DNA from: Fimbriosthenelais zetlandica | Taxonomy: Eukaryota | Reading direction: 5' to 3' | Length of the DNA: 64,000 bases | Assembly: GCA_977030845.1 (NCBI GenBank) | Contig: OZ365109.1 | Coordinates: 60,202,001 to 60,266,000, forward strand | Shown here: positions 51,706 through 61,861 of the stretch, one piece after another | Layout of the letters: each line of letters starts with the position of its first letter | Numbering within the stretch: position 1 is the first letter of the stretch | Notes under the pieces: generated by a model | What the model was told of the DNA's origin: nothing | The model's database searches: none | What the model saw: only the letters and a program-made list of their open reading frames with translations | Made by a program: the position numbers and the translations under genes

Positions 51706-52120
51706 TACTAGAACTACTACGCATTTTACATTTAGTTAGAACAAATAAATATTTATTCATGAGACAGTATAGGTCGAATAAAATACTCGCTACTGGTTTG
51801 CTGTGTACCTGTATTGTATACATGTTTATTTTTACATCTTCCTATGCTACATTAAAATACGAAATGTTTGGTGGTCCAAGAATTTAGAATTAAAATTCAA
51901 ACGGATTATTCTTAGTTGGGAGACCCTTCAGGTGGATATGTGGTTTTTATTTCAATAAACTTAATTGAAAAATTCAGATTTTGAAAATGGAGCAATTTTC
52001 GTCCGTCAGCATTGATCCCTATGGAAGAAGCAAGCAAACGCGCCGGGCTTTGTTTTTCTTTTCGTTTGAGTTACCGATGGGAAGAGTGTCGTGCAATGAC
52101 CTGACAATATGAGACAGCGT

Positions 52121-52201
52121 GTGCGCGGTAGTCTAGAGGTAAGACACTAGCATGGAACTCGAGAGACCTGGGTTCCGTTCCATGTCCATTACACGTTTTT
52201 T
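52121..52201 (+). ncRNA. tRNA-derived (SINE-head-like) Pol III cassette, degenerate B box
   Basis: A-box-like GGTAGTCTAGAGGTAAG, B-box-like GGTTCCGTTCC, T-run at 52196-52201. Confidence 0.65.
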
Positions 52202-52284
52202 CGCTGCTCCCCACAGTGGAAGCCTGCCTTCAGTGCTATATAGACTTAACATTCGCCTATGGCGGCAAGCGTGTAAACTTTCCC

Positions 52285-52365
52285 AAAAAGTATTGCCAGG
52301 CAGGGAATCGAACCCTGGTCTCTAGAGTTCCATGCCAGTGTCTTACCCCTGGCCTACCTGGGGCG
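52285..52365 (-). ncRNA. tRNA-derived Pol III cassette
   Basis: Minus strand GGTAGGCCAGGGGTAAGACACT...GGTTCGATTCCC, then TTTTT. Confidence 0.7.
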
Positions 52366-53809
52366 AGCTGAAATATAACGCGGGCAAAAGGTAAGTTATA
52401 CTAGGCTGTATGAAGCCTCGCCTCCTCGCCTCACCGGGCCAGACACTTCGCTTGTGATCTCACCAATGCTGAGCACACTCTACACCTGGAGAGGGATAGA
52501 GACCGAGAGAAAAGTGTATGTGGGAGGGGTGGGTGGTTGGGGGGGGGGGGGGGGGGGATGGAGAGAAAAAAACCAAATCAACCAGTAGTCTCAATGACAA
52601 AAAAATAGCCGCCCCAGCACCATCTCCCCTGCCCAGCCCCCACCCCTAACTCCCATCCTCATGATCCATTTTTTTTTTAACCCTAAATCGATATGGCCCG
52701 TAGGCCTACATGTCAAAATGTTAACTTTGTTCAATGTTAGGCCTACTATAGCCTGCACCTCGCCTCGCCCCAAAACCTAAATCCCACCACCGATCTGATC
52801 CACTCCCCATACCCCGAACCCCAAGTATAATCCCGCCCCACCCTTATTGTACCAGCAGGAGTAGGGAGCGTTGATATCGCTGCTAGATCATAGTAAGCTA
52901 GTTCAACTTTTTGCCGCTGCATATATCTCGGGTCGCTTCAGCGCGCTGGCTTGTTCCTTCCATAGAGTCCAATGCTAAAGACTCAAATTGATGACATTTT
53001 GAAAAATAGAAATTTTAAATTAATCTTACTTGCACAAAAAGCACATAGATACCTGGAAGTGCTTCCAACTAAGAATAATCCGTTTGAATAGTAATTTTAG
53101 ACCCATTATTCACAAAGATATTCAGCTTTTTCGACTTTTAGTGAGAGGGCGCTGTTAAGGTTTTTAAAAGGCCAAAATATAGGCCGGTATACGCGCGGCC
53201 GATTTGTCAGCTTCGCAGAAATCGGGGTTTTCCTCGGTTTTCCTCTCCGCTCTTTTGGAGTTTATTAGTAGAGGTCATAAGTGATACATAACCGGGGACT
53301 TGAGTCAAAATGATATGTATTAGGTAGAGAAAAACCGATTGGAGTGGACTGGCAAACCGGCTCTGTAGCACACATCCATGTAATAGTGAGTGATTTTTAA
53401 CATTGAGCCTATGGACGGGACACTTTTGCTGTATCCAATGGATTTAGACAGGTTAGAAGCATAGGATCTGGCTGGATTTTTGGGAGATGGTAGGTTCAGG
53501 TACTGGGGGTATACAGGGGGGTTGGGGTGGAGATTGGGGGCCGGGGAGGGGTCCGGGGGCTAAATAAAATTTTAACATTGGAGCCTATGGGCAGTACCTA
53601 CGTATGTGGCTATTCCAAGCGATTTTGACAGGTTAGGCATTACAAATCGGACTGGGGTTTTCGGAGGGAGTTGGGGGATAGACATGCGGGTTGGGGTGGA
53701 AGTTGAGGGACGGGGAAGGGTACGGGGGCAACGTAATGATAGACATTGTGATTCAGCCTTGCCCTGGGTGGGGTGCCATAAAGTGACATGAGAGCGTCTG
53801 TTAAAGAGT

Positions 53810-53891
53810 CAGCCATTTAGGCTAGAGGTACGATGCACGCTTACAACGCGAGCGACCGGGGTTCGATTCCCATTCTTGTAATTTACTTTTC
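53810..53891 (+). ncRNA. tRNA-derived Pol III cassette in the palindrome loop
   Basis: TAGGCTAGAGGTA...ACGCGAGCGACCGGGGTTCGATTCCC (B box 53860-53870), then TTTT. Confidence 0.7.
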
Positions 53892-54152
53892 GCTGCTTCA
53901 TGGTAACCATTTATAAATTTTTACGGCTTAGCACTGTTGCTTGCAGAAATAAACCTCCGCGATTGGAGGCGAGAGGCGACAGAGGAGAATATGGAGGTAA
54001 ATCTCCGTAAAGAACAAAGGAATAAATGGATAAAAAAGTGAGAAAGTATTCTCCCTAACGGTACCCTACAAACGGAGTCAGACTTCAGTGATCGCATTGC
54101 CAACAGGTCGACCCTCCGAGGCGGTATACGTGTAGCGACACATGGAGCAGAC

Positions 54153-54232
54153 AAAAACATTCACTAGAAGGGGAATCGAACCCCTGTCACTCGCGTTTCA
54201 GTTCAGTGTCTTACCACCAGACGACCTGGCTT
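54153..54232 (-). ncRNA. tRNA-derived Pol III cassette in the palindrome loop, facing the 53810 copy
   Basis: Minus strand GGTCGTCTGGTGGTAAGACACT...GGGGTTCGATTCCCC, then TTTTT. Confidence 0.7.
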
Positions 54233-55203
54233 ACTGGTGGCTAACCTACACCCCTTCAATTTAGCCTGAACTGCCCAGGACAAGGATGGATTAAAATGTG
54301 TATAATTATTTTGCCCCCGGACCCCTCCCCGACCCCAAGGTCCGACCCCAAGCCATATGTCTACCTCCAGCACTCCCCTCAACTCCCTTAAAAACCCAGC
54401 CCGATTTGAAACAGCTCACCTGACAAAATTGCTTGGAATAGTCCACTGTGTAGATACCGCCCATAGGCTCCAATGTTAAAAATTATTTAGCCCCCCGGAC
54501 CCCTCCCCAGCCCCAAACCTCCACCCCAAGCCCCTTGTCTACGCGCAGCACCCCAACCAACACTCTCCCAAAAATTCAGCCCGATCCTATGCTTCTAACC
54601 TATCTAAATCCACTGGATTCTGCAAAAGTGTCCCGCCCATAGGCTCAATGTTAAAAGTCACTCACGATTACATGGATGTGTGCTACAGAGCCGGTTTCCC
54701 AGTTCACACAAATCGGATTTTCCTCTACCTAATACCTATTATTTTCACTCAAGTCCACGGTTAGGTATAACTTATGACCTCTACTGATAAATTCCAAAAG
54801 AGCGGAGAGGAAAAACAAGGAAAACCCCGATTTCTGCGAAGTTGACAAATCGGCCGAGCGTATACCGGCCTATAATTTGGCCTTTTAAAAACCTTAACAG
54901 CGCCCTCTCACTAAAAGTCGAAAAAGTTTAATAACTTTGTAAATAATGGGTCTAAAATTACAATTCAAACGGATTATTCTTAGTTGGAAGCATCTCCAGG
55001 TATCTATGTGCTTTTTGTGCAAGTCAGATTAATTTAAAATTTCTATTTTTCAAAATGTCATCAATTTGAGTCTTTAGCATTGGACTCTATGGAAGGAACA
55101 AGCCAGCGCGCTGAAGCGACCCGAGATTATGCCGCGGCCAAAAGGTAAACTACGCTGCTATGATCTAGCTAGTTAAGGCGGGCTTCCACCGTGGGGAGCA
55201 GCG

Positions 55204-55285
55204 AAAAAACGTTTAATGGACATGGAATCGAACCCCGGTCTCTCGCGTTCCATGCTAGTGTCTTACCTCTAGACTACCTCGCACA
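55204..55285 (-). ncRNA. tRNA-derived Pol III cassette, inverted partner of 52121-52201
   Basis: Minus strand GGTAGTCTAGAGGTAAGACACTAGCATGGAACGCGAGAGACCGGGGTTCGATTCC, then TTTTTT. Confidence 0.72.
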
Positions 55286-58175
55286 CAATGTGTTATATTG
55301 TCAGGTCATTGCACGACACTCCTCCCATCGGCAACTCAAAGGAAAAGAAAAACAAAGCCCATATCAACACTATAAGCCGTATACATGCGTAGCGACGCTA
55401 CCAATGTTAAATGTACATTCACCCACCACCTGAGGGCGCCACTGTGCCGCTGGCAATTTAGCTTTAATCTCTTTGCTGGGGTTATTCTTCATACAGGCAA
55501 GAGAGATTAATGCTAAAGTGCTCAAATTACCATCATTTTCAAAATCCGAAATTTTAAATCAATGTTATCACTTCAAACTTGGCCACTGTTTGAAATACAT
55601 CCTAACTAAGAACAATCCGTTTAGTTTGTATTTTTAGACCCCATAATTGCGGAGATATTTAAGATTTTCGAAATCAGAGTCTTGACACAGATTGTGACAA
55701 GTCCTTGTCCGACGAAATATGCACCCTCCTCTATCTCATGTTTAGCTTGATTCCAGTCGTGAACGGCGGAAGTGTCCCCGCGCCTGGCTTGAGCAGCTGC
55801 GCAATGAAGCACGAGACCATAATAGTAAGCTAGTTCACCTTTTGGCCGCTGCGTATCTCGTGTTGCCCCAGGTAGGCCAGGGGTAAGACACTGTTTCCAA
55901 TCCGACGACCCGTCCGAAGCACCGGCAAGGTAGACACCAAAAGGAATATGAGCATTGCTAATTAAGTCTATGTTAACTACACGTCCTTATATAAATTTAG
56001 ATGCTAATTGTTGCTTTATATATTCTATAGATTGCGTGATCGGGTGATATCATATACTGCCGTTTCAAACTTATCTTGAAGGTTCTTCAAATAAACGGAA
56101 GGTTAGGTTATTTTGAATTATGGTATATGCATGTATGACGGTATATTGAAATGGCTTATGCTATATACCGAAAGTTAGACAATGAGAGAAAGATGATATT
56201 TGAATTACACCAGGTAGTTATTAGCAATTTCATAAACTATAGGCGCCGTATACAAAGAGGTACATGTACAACAAAATCTTAAATTAAGTTAAGAATAGAA
56301 CATATTTTTGTAAGAAATTTATTTTTTTTCAAAACAGCATGAGACAATCATCTGCATAATTATTAATTTGTTAGAGATGTGCAAGCTTCATTGGTGGTGT
56401 GAACTAATAACGTTGGCAGGGAATATAATAATATTCATATCATATGGAACAAGCTATTCCTCTTCCTTATAATTGTGCGTTACACTTTCTCCATATATAG
56501 ATGAGTATGGGAACTAGCCTGTCACTTGATTTTGACTAGTTAAAATTCTGCAGTGTAATTATCTAAATGAAGATGATGTAATGCTATATTGAACTACTCA
56601 ATTCATGTATTAATAGGTTCACAAATATTCACATGTACTTCCTTCACAAATATCTCCGTTTGGATCAGTAAAGTCATGAAAGTAATGTTTTTAATGGTTG
56701 GCTATTTTTCTTCTGACAGGTTCCTTGGGAGTAACCGGAATTAAGAAATAATGTTTTATATTTGATATGCACACTAATCCGATTTTCCATCCGATAACTG
56801 TCCGAAACTATCTATTTACACCAAATGCTTGTAATTTGGACAGACGTTTACACAAAGCTAGGTAAGGCTAACCACTGACACATTTTCAATCATTGGATGC
56901 CATTAGAAATGGGGATTCGGATGGCGATGGATTGGAGAATCGGATTAGTGTGTTCCAGGCTTTGATTCAGCTAAATCATGAACAAAGTATTTTTAAACTT
57001 TTGCATTGTTGCTCAAATATTCTATTCTCCATATATATAGATTTTCTATGGGTCAATATGGCAGTTGCAATGATATTTCTCAATTATAATTTAGGTGACC
57101 AATCACCAATGGGCTAATCTCTGACGAGGTACATAACAAGTTTACATTCTACATCATAAAATTATTCACATATTACAGCCCACACATTGATTTACAAAGA
57201 TACATTATAATACAAGAAACGAGAACCGTAACGGTTGACACGGTAACAAAATCTAGTTTTGGAGTCAAGTTTACATACTGCTACTATAGCAATAACAAAT
57301 AATAGGTCTTCAAAGAGAGGTGTCAAGTAAAAGAATTAAGTTTTACTAAGCATTTTGGAGTACAGAAATCCAGAGTATTCCAGGTTATAGAATTAAAGGA
57401 AAACTTACACCGAACCCTTAAAATGTTCTGATGTCCCATGTAGTATATCACAAAAGTCAGGAGCAACATTAGGCCTATAATAATTGATGTAATGAAAAGG
57501 TTAAATAAAGAACTATAATGATAAAGCGTAATCCGTAAAGATGATTATGAGAGACTCATAAGCCTAAATGAGCAACTCAACAAAGACTATAATATAGGCC
57601 TAGTCTTCTTTGTCTTTTTTAGGTTTCATTTTAGGCCATTGCCTCGAATTCTTAGTTCTTCCCATCTTTTTGTCAAACCTTACCTCTAATTTATAGATAG
57701 ATTTGCACTTGGTATTCTGTTCTGCCAATCCAGATGTTCCTGTTTTCCACCTCTTCTTCATCCTCTTCCTTTAAATTATCTCTTTCCCCTTCTTACTCCA
57801 GACATCTTAAGCAAATTTAAAGATTCTTCATAATTTCATAAATCTTTGCGGAGAAAAGTGAAGAAATCGAAAGGAAATGTGGAGAAACCTAAAGGACGAT
57901 ACATGCATCAATCCTGGCATAAGTCTTCAATAGTTATCCTCAAAATATGCCATAATAGTGTAGTATCCACATGAATTACAACATCATCTAATGCCCTGAA
58001 TTCTTCTGGGGATCTCATTCAATGTAAAAGAGTTCCCTTCCGTCTGTTACATTATTCAAAATGATAGAATTACACTGCTCATTTTCACGTAGCGAGGAAA
58101 AATATACAGTTATGTAAAGGATGCCATTCATATACAAATTTAGGTTAAATTTCAGTTAATACTACTATGTGTACT

Positions 58176-58513
58176 TCAACGTGTGCTCATTTCTACCCCC
58201 CTTGACGAATCGTCGGTGGATTTGCTATAGCCCCCATTGGCAAAACATTGTCGTGATGATAAACTGTCAAAACGACACGAGGTGGCGTCTGTGTCGGCCT
58301 CGCTAATGCTGTTGGTGTCTGCGCGCGACTCTTCATCGTCGGTCCTTTCGCGGGCACTTCCGGGACGACAAAAATCACGACGCCATCGCCGGAAACTGAC
58401 GGCCACAACAACAAAGAGGATGACACTGAGTGTGACCATCCAAACAGTGGTGCCGATAGATGTTGCTGCTACAGCGGCTGGTTCCAAAACCAACGCTGAA
58501 CTCGAACCTCCAA
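58176..58513 (-). CDS. Collagen/EGF type I membrane protein, last coding exon (TM helix and cytoplasmic tail)
   Basis: Acceptor ttgtatttgaag|TT GGA, phase 1, 338 nt. Hydrophobic TTVWMVTLSVILFVVVAVSF followed by the RRWRR stop-transfer motif. Stop at 58176. Confidence 0.85.
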
Positions 58514-58741
58514 CTTCAAATACAAAGACAATACATACATGTCAGTTATTGAAAGACAATAAAATTGATATATTTTAGAAAATTAATTGGACTGGTTCTT
58601 TTTCAAAGGAGTATTTGCGTAAATTAGCAGATCCTGTACTTAATTGGTTCACAGGACTGCTGCACTATATTATATAGCCACGGTTTAATCATGTAACGGT
58701 TGTGTGTTGGCCCCAGCTTTTCAAGAATGAAAACAACTGAC

Positions 58742-58861
58742 CATTTGAAGTACTGGCTGGATTATGGGCTGCGTATCCAAGTCGTAAACACAAGTAACTT
58801 CCCACCGTATTTATACATATTGTGCAACGACCTCTACTTATTCTGTCACATTCGTTTTCAT
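58742..58861 (-). CDS. Collagen/EGF membrane protein, exon with a truncated 4-Cys cbEGF-like repeat
   Basis: tttatag|AT GAA...AAT G|gtcagt, 120 nt, phase 1-1. Encodes DENECDRISRGRCTICINTVGSYLCLRLGYAAHNPASTSN. Confidence 0.85.
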
Positions 58862-58961
58862 CTATAAATAGAATCAAAAGAGATATTACAAAGACCATCC
58901 ACTATCAGACAAATTTGAAAATTTTACGTCTATTAATTTAGGCCATTATAGGCCTACTTGC

Positions 58962-59087
58962 CTTCACAAGTCTTTCCATTTCGAGTTAGCACAAAACCTG
59001 CAACACATCTGCACTCGTAGCTACCAATGTTGTTGATACATGCATGCTCACAGCCACCCTGATAAATATCTTGGCACTCATCAACAT
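58962..59087 (-). CDS. Collagen/EGF membrane protein, calcium-binding EGF exon with GC donor
   Basis: ttttcag|AT GTT...GAA G|gcaagt, 126 nt, phase 1-1. Encodes [42 protein letters not shown]. Confidence 0.92.
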
Positions 59088-59281
59088 CTGAAAAATGGTC
59101 TCTGGCTTTATTTCACAAAACAAAAACTAGAAGTCATGTTTTACGTCCACCACTGACACCTCAAATTAAGAACTCTAGTCAGCTAATGATAAATTAATTG
59201 GTAAACTCAAAACAGATTTGAACCTAAGTGATTTTTATTCCGATTACAATTAATAACTATTTTATATGAAGTTATAATTAC

Positions 59282-59404
59282 CTGAACATGTTGTTCCATC
59301 GGAATTTAGTTGATAGCCATCTCTGCAATCACACTTAAAGCTGCCTACAGTATTTATACATATATCTTGACAATTGTTCTGGTTTGTTGCGCATTCATCT
59401 GTAT
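59282..59404 (-). CDS. Collagen/EGF membrane protein, calcium-binding EGF exon
   Basis: ttaacag|AT ACA...TCA G|gtaatt, 123 nt, phase 1-1. Encodes DTDECATNQNNCQDICINTVGSFKCDCRDGYQLNSDGTTCS. Confidence 0.93.
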
Positions 59405-59733
59405 CTGTTAAGAATAATAGAAATAATCTAAATCTATTAAAGGTAAGAATTATGAATATTCTATTGTTGAAATCATTCAAAAATCTCCAATCAGTGAGCC
59501 ATGGCAGTGACTGTAGGCTCCTCCAGCGCCGTGCTCAATGAATGGTAGAATGTGGTTGTCTCCTCTAGAAACCACAGTATAAATGCAAATTAAAACAAAA
59601 AAAAACAATAAACAGCTGGCCAAATCCCATACACTTTCTATCCACTGCATTGAACAATACAGATTGCCATACTGCAATGAATTGACCAGAGGTCATCATT
59701 GGAATAATTAATCAAATCATGAAAATACCACAC

Positions 59734-59946
59734 CTTTAACAGCTTCTCCAGGTCGGCCAGGTTGACCTGGAGGACCAGGTGAACCTCTTTCTCCAGGTCG
59801 TCCTGGTGATCCAGCTTCCCCGCGTTCTCCGTTCAAGCCGTTCAGACCTGGCAGACCCTGGTCTCCAGGACGACCCACAGGTCCTTGAGGACCAGCAGGT
59901 CCTCTGGCTCCGGGAGGTCCAGGAGGGCCAGCTATACCAGGTATAC
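59734..59946 (-). CDS. Collagen/EGF membrane protein, collagen exon (22 uninterrupted Gly-X-Y triplets); not in the ORF track
   Basis: aatttacag|GT ATA CCT...AAA G|gtgtgg, 213 nt, phase 1-1. Encodes [70 protein letters not shown]. Confidence 0.93.
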
Positions 59947-60161
59947 CTGTAAATTACAGCGTGTACACCTTGTACTATATGTTCAAATTTGAGACTTCAA
60001 TAATCATATACATTATTAGCAAAATGAAGTCTGGGACAGGGGGCTTGATATCCATCAAATATTATAGAAAATAATACGTACATTTACAAAGAATAAGCAT
60101 ACTGTACTATTTTAATACACTTTTTAAAGATTAAATCATATAAAAAAGAGATCACCCTTAC

Positions 60162-60381
60162 GTGTGTCAACTTCCACAGCTGCAGAATAAACAGCTGGAT
60201 AAGGGAGAACTTGAAATGAATATCTATTTCCGACTATAGGGTAAGTTCTGTTCTCCACGGCTCTGAAATACACTCTATAGCGTTCAAGGAAGTCAAAGCT
60301 GATGGGGATGGAATCATCTTCAAATGTAAAGCCCATGCGAGCATCCCTGGGAATTCGAAAATTATCACCGGATACATCCAC
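60162..60381 (-). CDS. Collagen/EGF membrane protein, exon encoding the C-terminal part of an unnamed beta-rich domain
   Basis: ttctttgcag|GTG GAT...ACA C|gtaagg, 220 nt, phase 0 to 1. Encodes VDVSGDNFRIPRDARMGFTFEDDSIPISFDF...YPIVGNRYSFQVLPYPAVYSAAVEVDT. Confidence 0.85.
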
Positions 60382-60538
60382 CTGCAAAGAATGATCTTTA
60401 TTCTCAGGTGCTGATTCTGACAATAACATCCATATAATTTAGTGTATTGAATGATTATAGTTAGCAACTGTCACTTGCATGTCGTTGAAATACACAAAAC
60501 TAACATTCTTTAATGCCTTCCTGGCACTCAGCACTTGC

Positions 60539-60677
60539 CTGCATTACCCCTACTCTCATCCCAATTGAAGCTTTCCTCTCGTAGACTAGCTCATACTCTC
60601 GGGTAGAAAATGTCCTCCATATTTGTAGTCTAATGGTCGTGCCAAAACTCTGCATTCGATCAATATAGAATCGGAAG
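60539..60677 (-). CDS. Collagen/EGF membrane protein, exon encoding the middle of the unnamed domain (donor at 60539 GC or 60548 GT)
   Basis: cacatttccag|C TTC CGA, phase 2 to 0. Encodes FRFYIDRMQSFGTTIRLQIWRTFSTREYELVYERKASIGMRVG(VMQ). Confidence 0.8.
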
Positions 60678-61732
60678 CTGGAAATGTGAAATACGCAGTC
60701 TTTACAGCGAATTATTGTTACCAACAGAACTCTGCATGGGGCTACATGGAGACAATTGCAACTGGGACAACTATGCAGTTCTGAACAGTTCTACATGTAG
60801 GGCATTCTTATCTGGTCCCAAGACTCCAGGAGACAGAACCCAAATTGAACCTGAAGAGAGCCAGTCTTTAGTATGCAGCAGAATGGATTCCATTCTGCAG
60901 GAGCAAGACTCTTGATGGAAGGTAAATCAAAACCATCTTGGAGGCATTTACCCTCTTTAAAATGGTAAAGACCCGATAAGGAGTGGTAAGTGCTGGTTTA
61001 ATATCTATGTTCGATGCATCACTTCACCTTTTGATCAACAATACAACATGTAAACTTTAAGAGAGCGTTTCTTATAACAAGTGATCATTGCTCGGAGAAG
61101 ACACTTATAACATACATGATTGCAGGTACTTTAGCCTTAAGCTTCAATTGAAATTAGGTCATGTACTTATAGGAATTATCAAGCATGTCTAATTGACAAT
61201 ACCTGTTACTGTAGAGCAATAACAAGAGGAAAGTAGGATAGCCATTTTAATATTTATCATATACATCTTTGTGTTAAAGTTGAGTCTTATGCCCTCATTA
61301 GTAATTAATTTCGCGTCATTGGGCTATTAAAACTACAAAACACATTACACTTTTGCATATCTCAGTTGCCTTTGGCCCTAGCAATTTCATCCTTTCTGGG
61401 CCATATCTCATGCAGACGAACACAGTCTCCTGCAGATTGGATTCTGTCTCCTGCAGATTAGGTAAATTCTCTCATGGCCAGTGACCATAAACATAATAGG
61501 CCTATAAGTAGGGTCATGAGTGTCTGAGTAACTGAATGAAATACATGTACAGTTGACGGGCCTTCTGAGCAAAACTGACCTTTCTGCATGTATGACCACT
61601 GTCAAGACAGTAGGCCAACACCTGTAGGATAATAACTCCGTATAGGGGTAAAGTGACCATAATATGAGGTCTGACCACTAAGGGAGAGTGAACTGTAAAT
61701 ACTGTAACTGTAAGTACTGTAAATGTAAGTAC

Positions 61733-61861
61733 CTGACGAGTCGTCCTGCAGGGATAGGTACATCGTAATCCACCCATGATCTTGGAGCTGCCGTCCTCTG
61801 TGTTCTGTTTCGTGCGATAATAGGATGACCCCAGATCTCAGTGACACCATCAGAACTTAAC
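61733..61861 (-). CDS. Collagen/EGF membrane protein, most upstream exon I can place
   Basis: gacatacag|G TTA...GTC AG|gtactt, 129 nt, phase 2-2. Encodes LSSDGVTEIWGHPIIARNRTQRTAAPRSWVDYDVPIPAGRLVS and joins in frame to the 60677 exon. Confidence 0.75.

Larger units (their letters stand above)
51894..55625. mobile_element. Nested palindromic (foldback-like) composite repeat with tRNA-derived cassettes
   Basis: Inner inverted arms ~52882-53735 and ~54305-55169. Outer inverted arms ~52045-52232 / ~55172-55362 and ~51894-51990 / ~55530-55625. Identity is clearly high but imperfect, roughly 80-90% by eye. Confidence 0.85.

Noticed and set aside
52121-55285. Functional tRNA genes
   Set aside because: A/B boxes are present but I could not pair acceptor and anticodon stems, and the loops differ between copies. 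Treated as tRNA-derived cassettes pending tRNAscan-SE.
55426-55442. CTCF-like CCACCTGAGGGCGCCAC (similar motif at 38902-38917)
   Set aside because: A single near-match within repeat-derived DNA; motif alone is not enough.
58237-58578. Plus-strand 113-aa ORF
   Set aside because: Antisense shadow of the TM/tail exon.
58176-61861. Naming the gene CCBE1 or a fibrillin/fibulin
   Set aside because: Domain order is collagen then EGF, with a TM helix and tail, which fits none of these.
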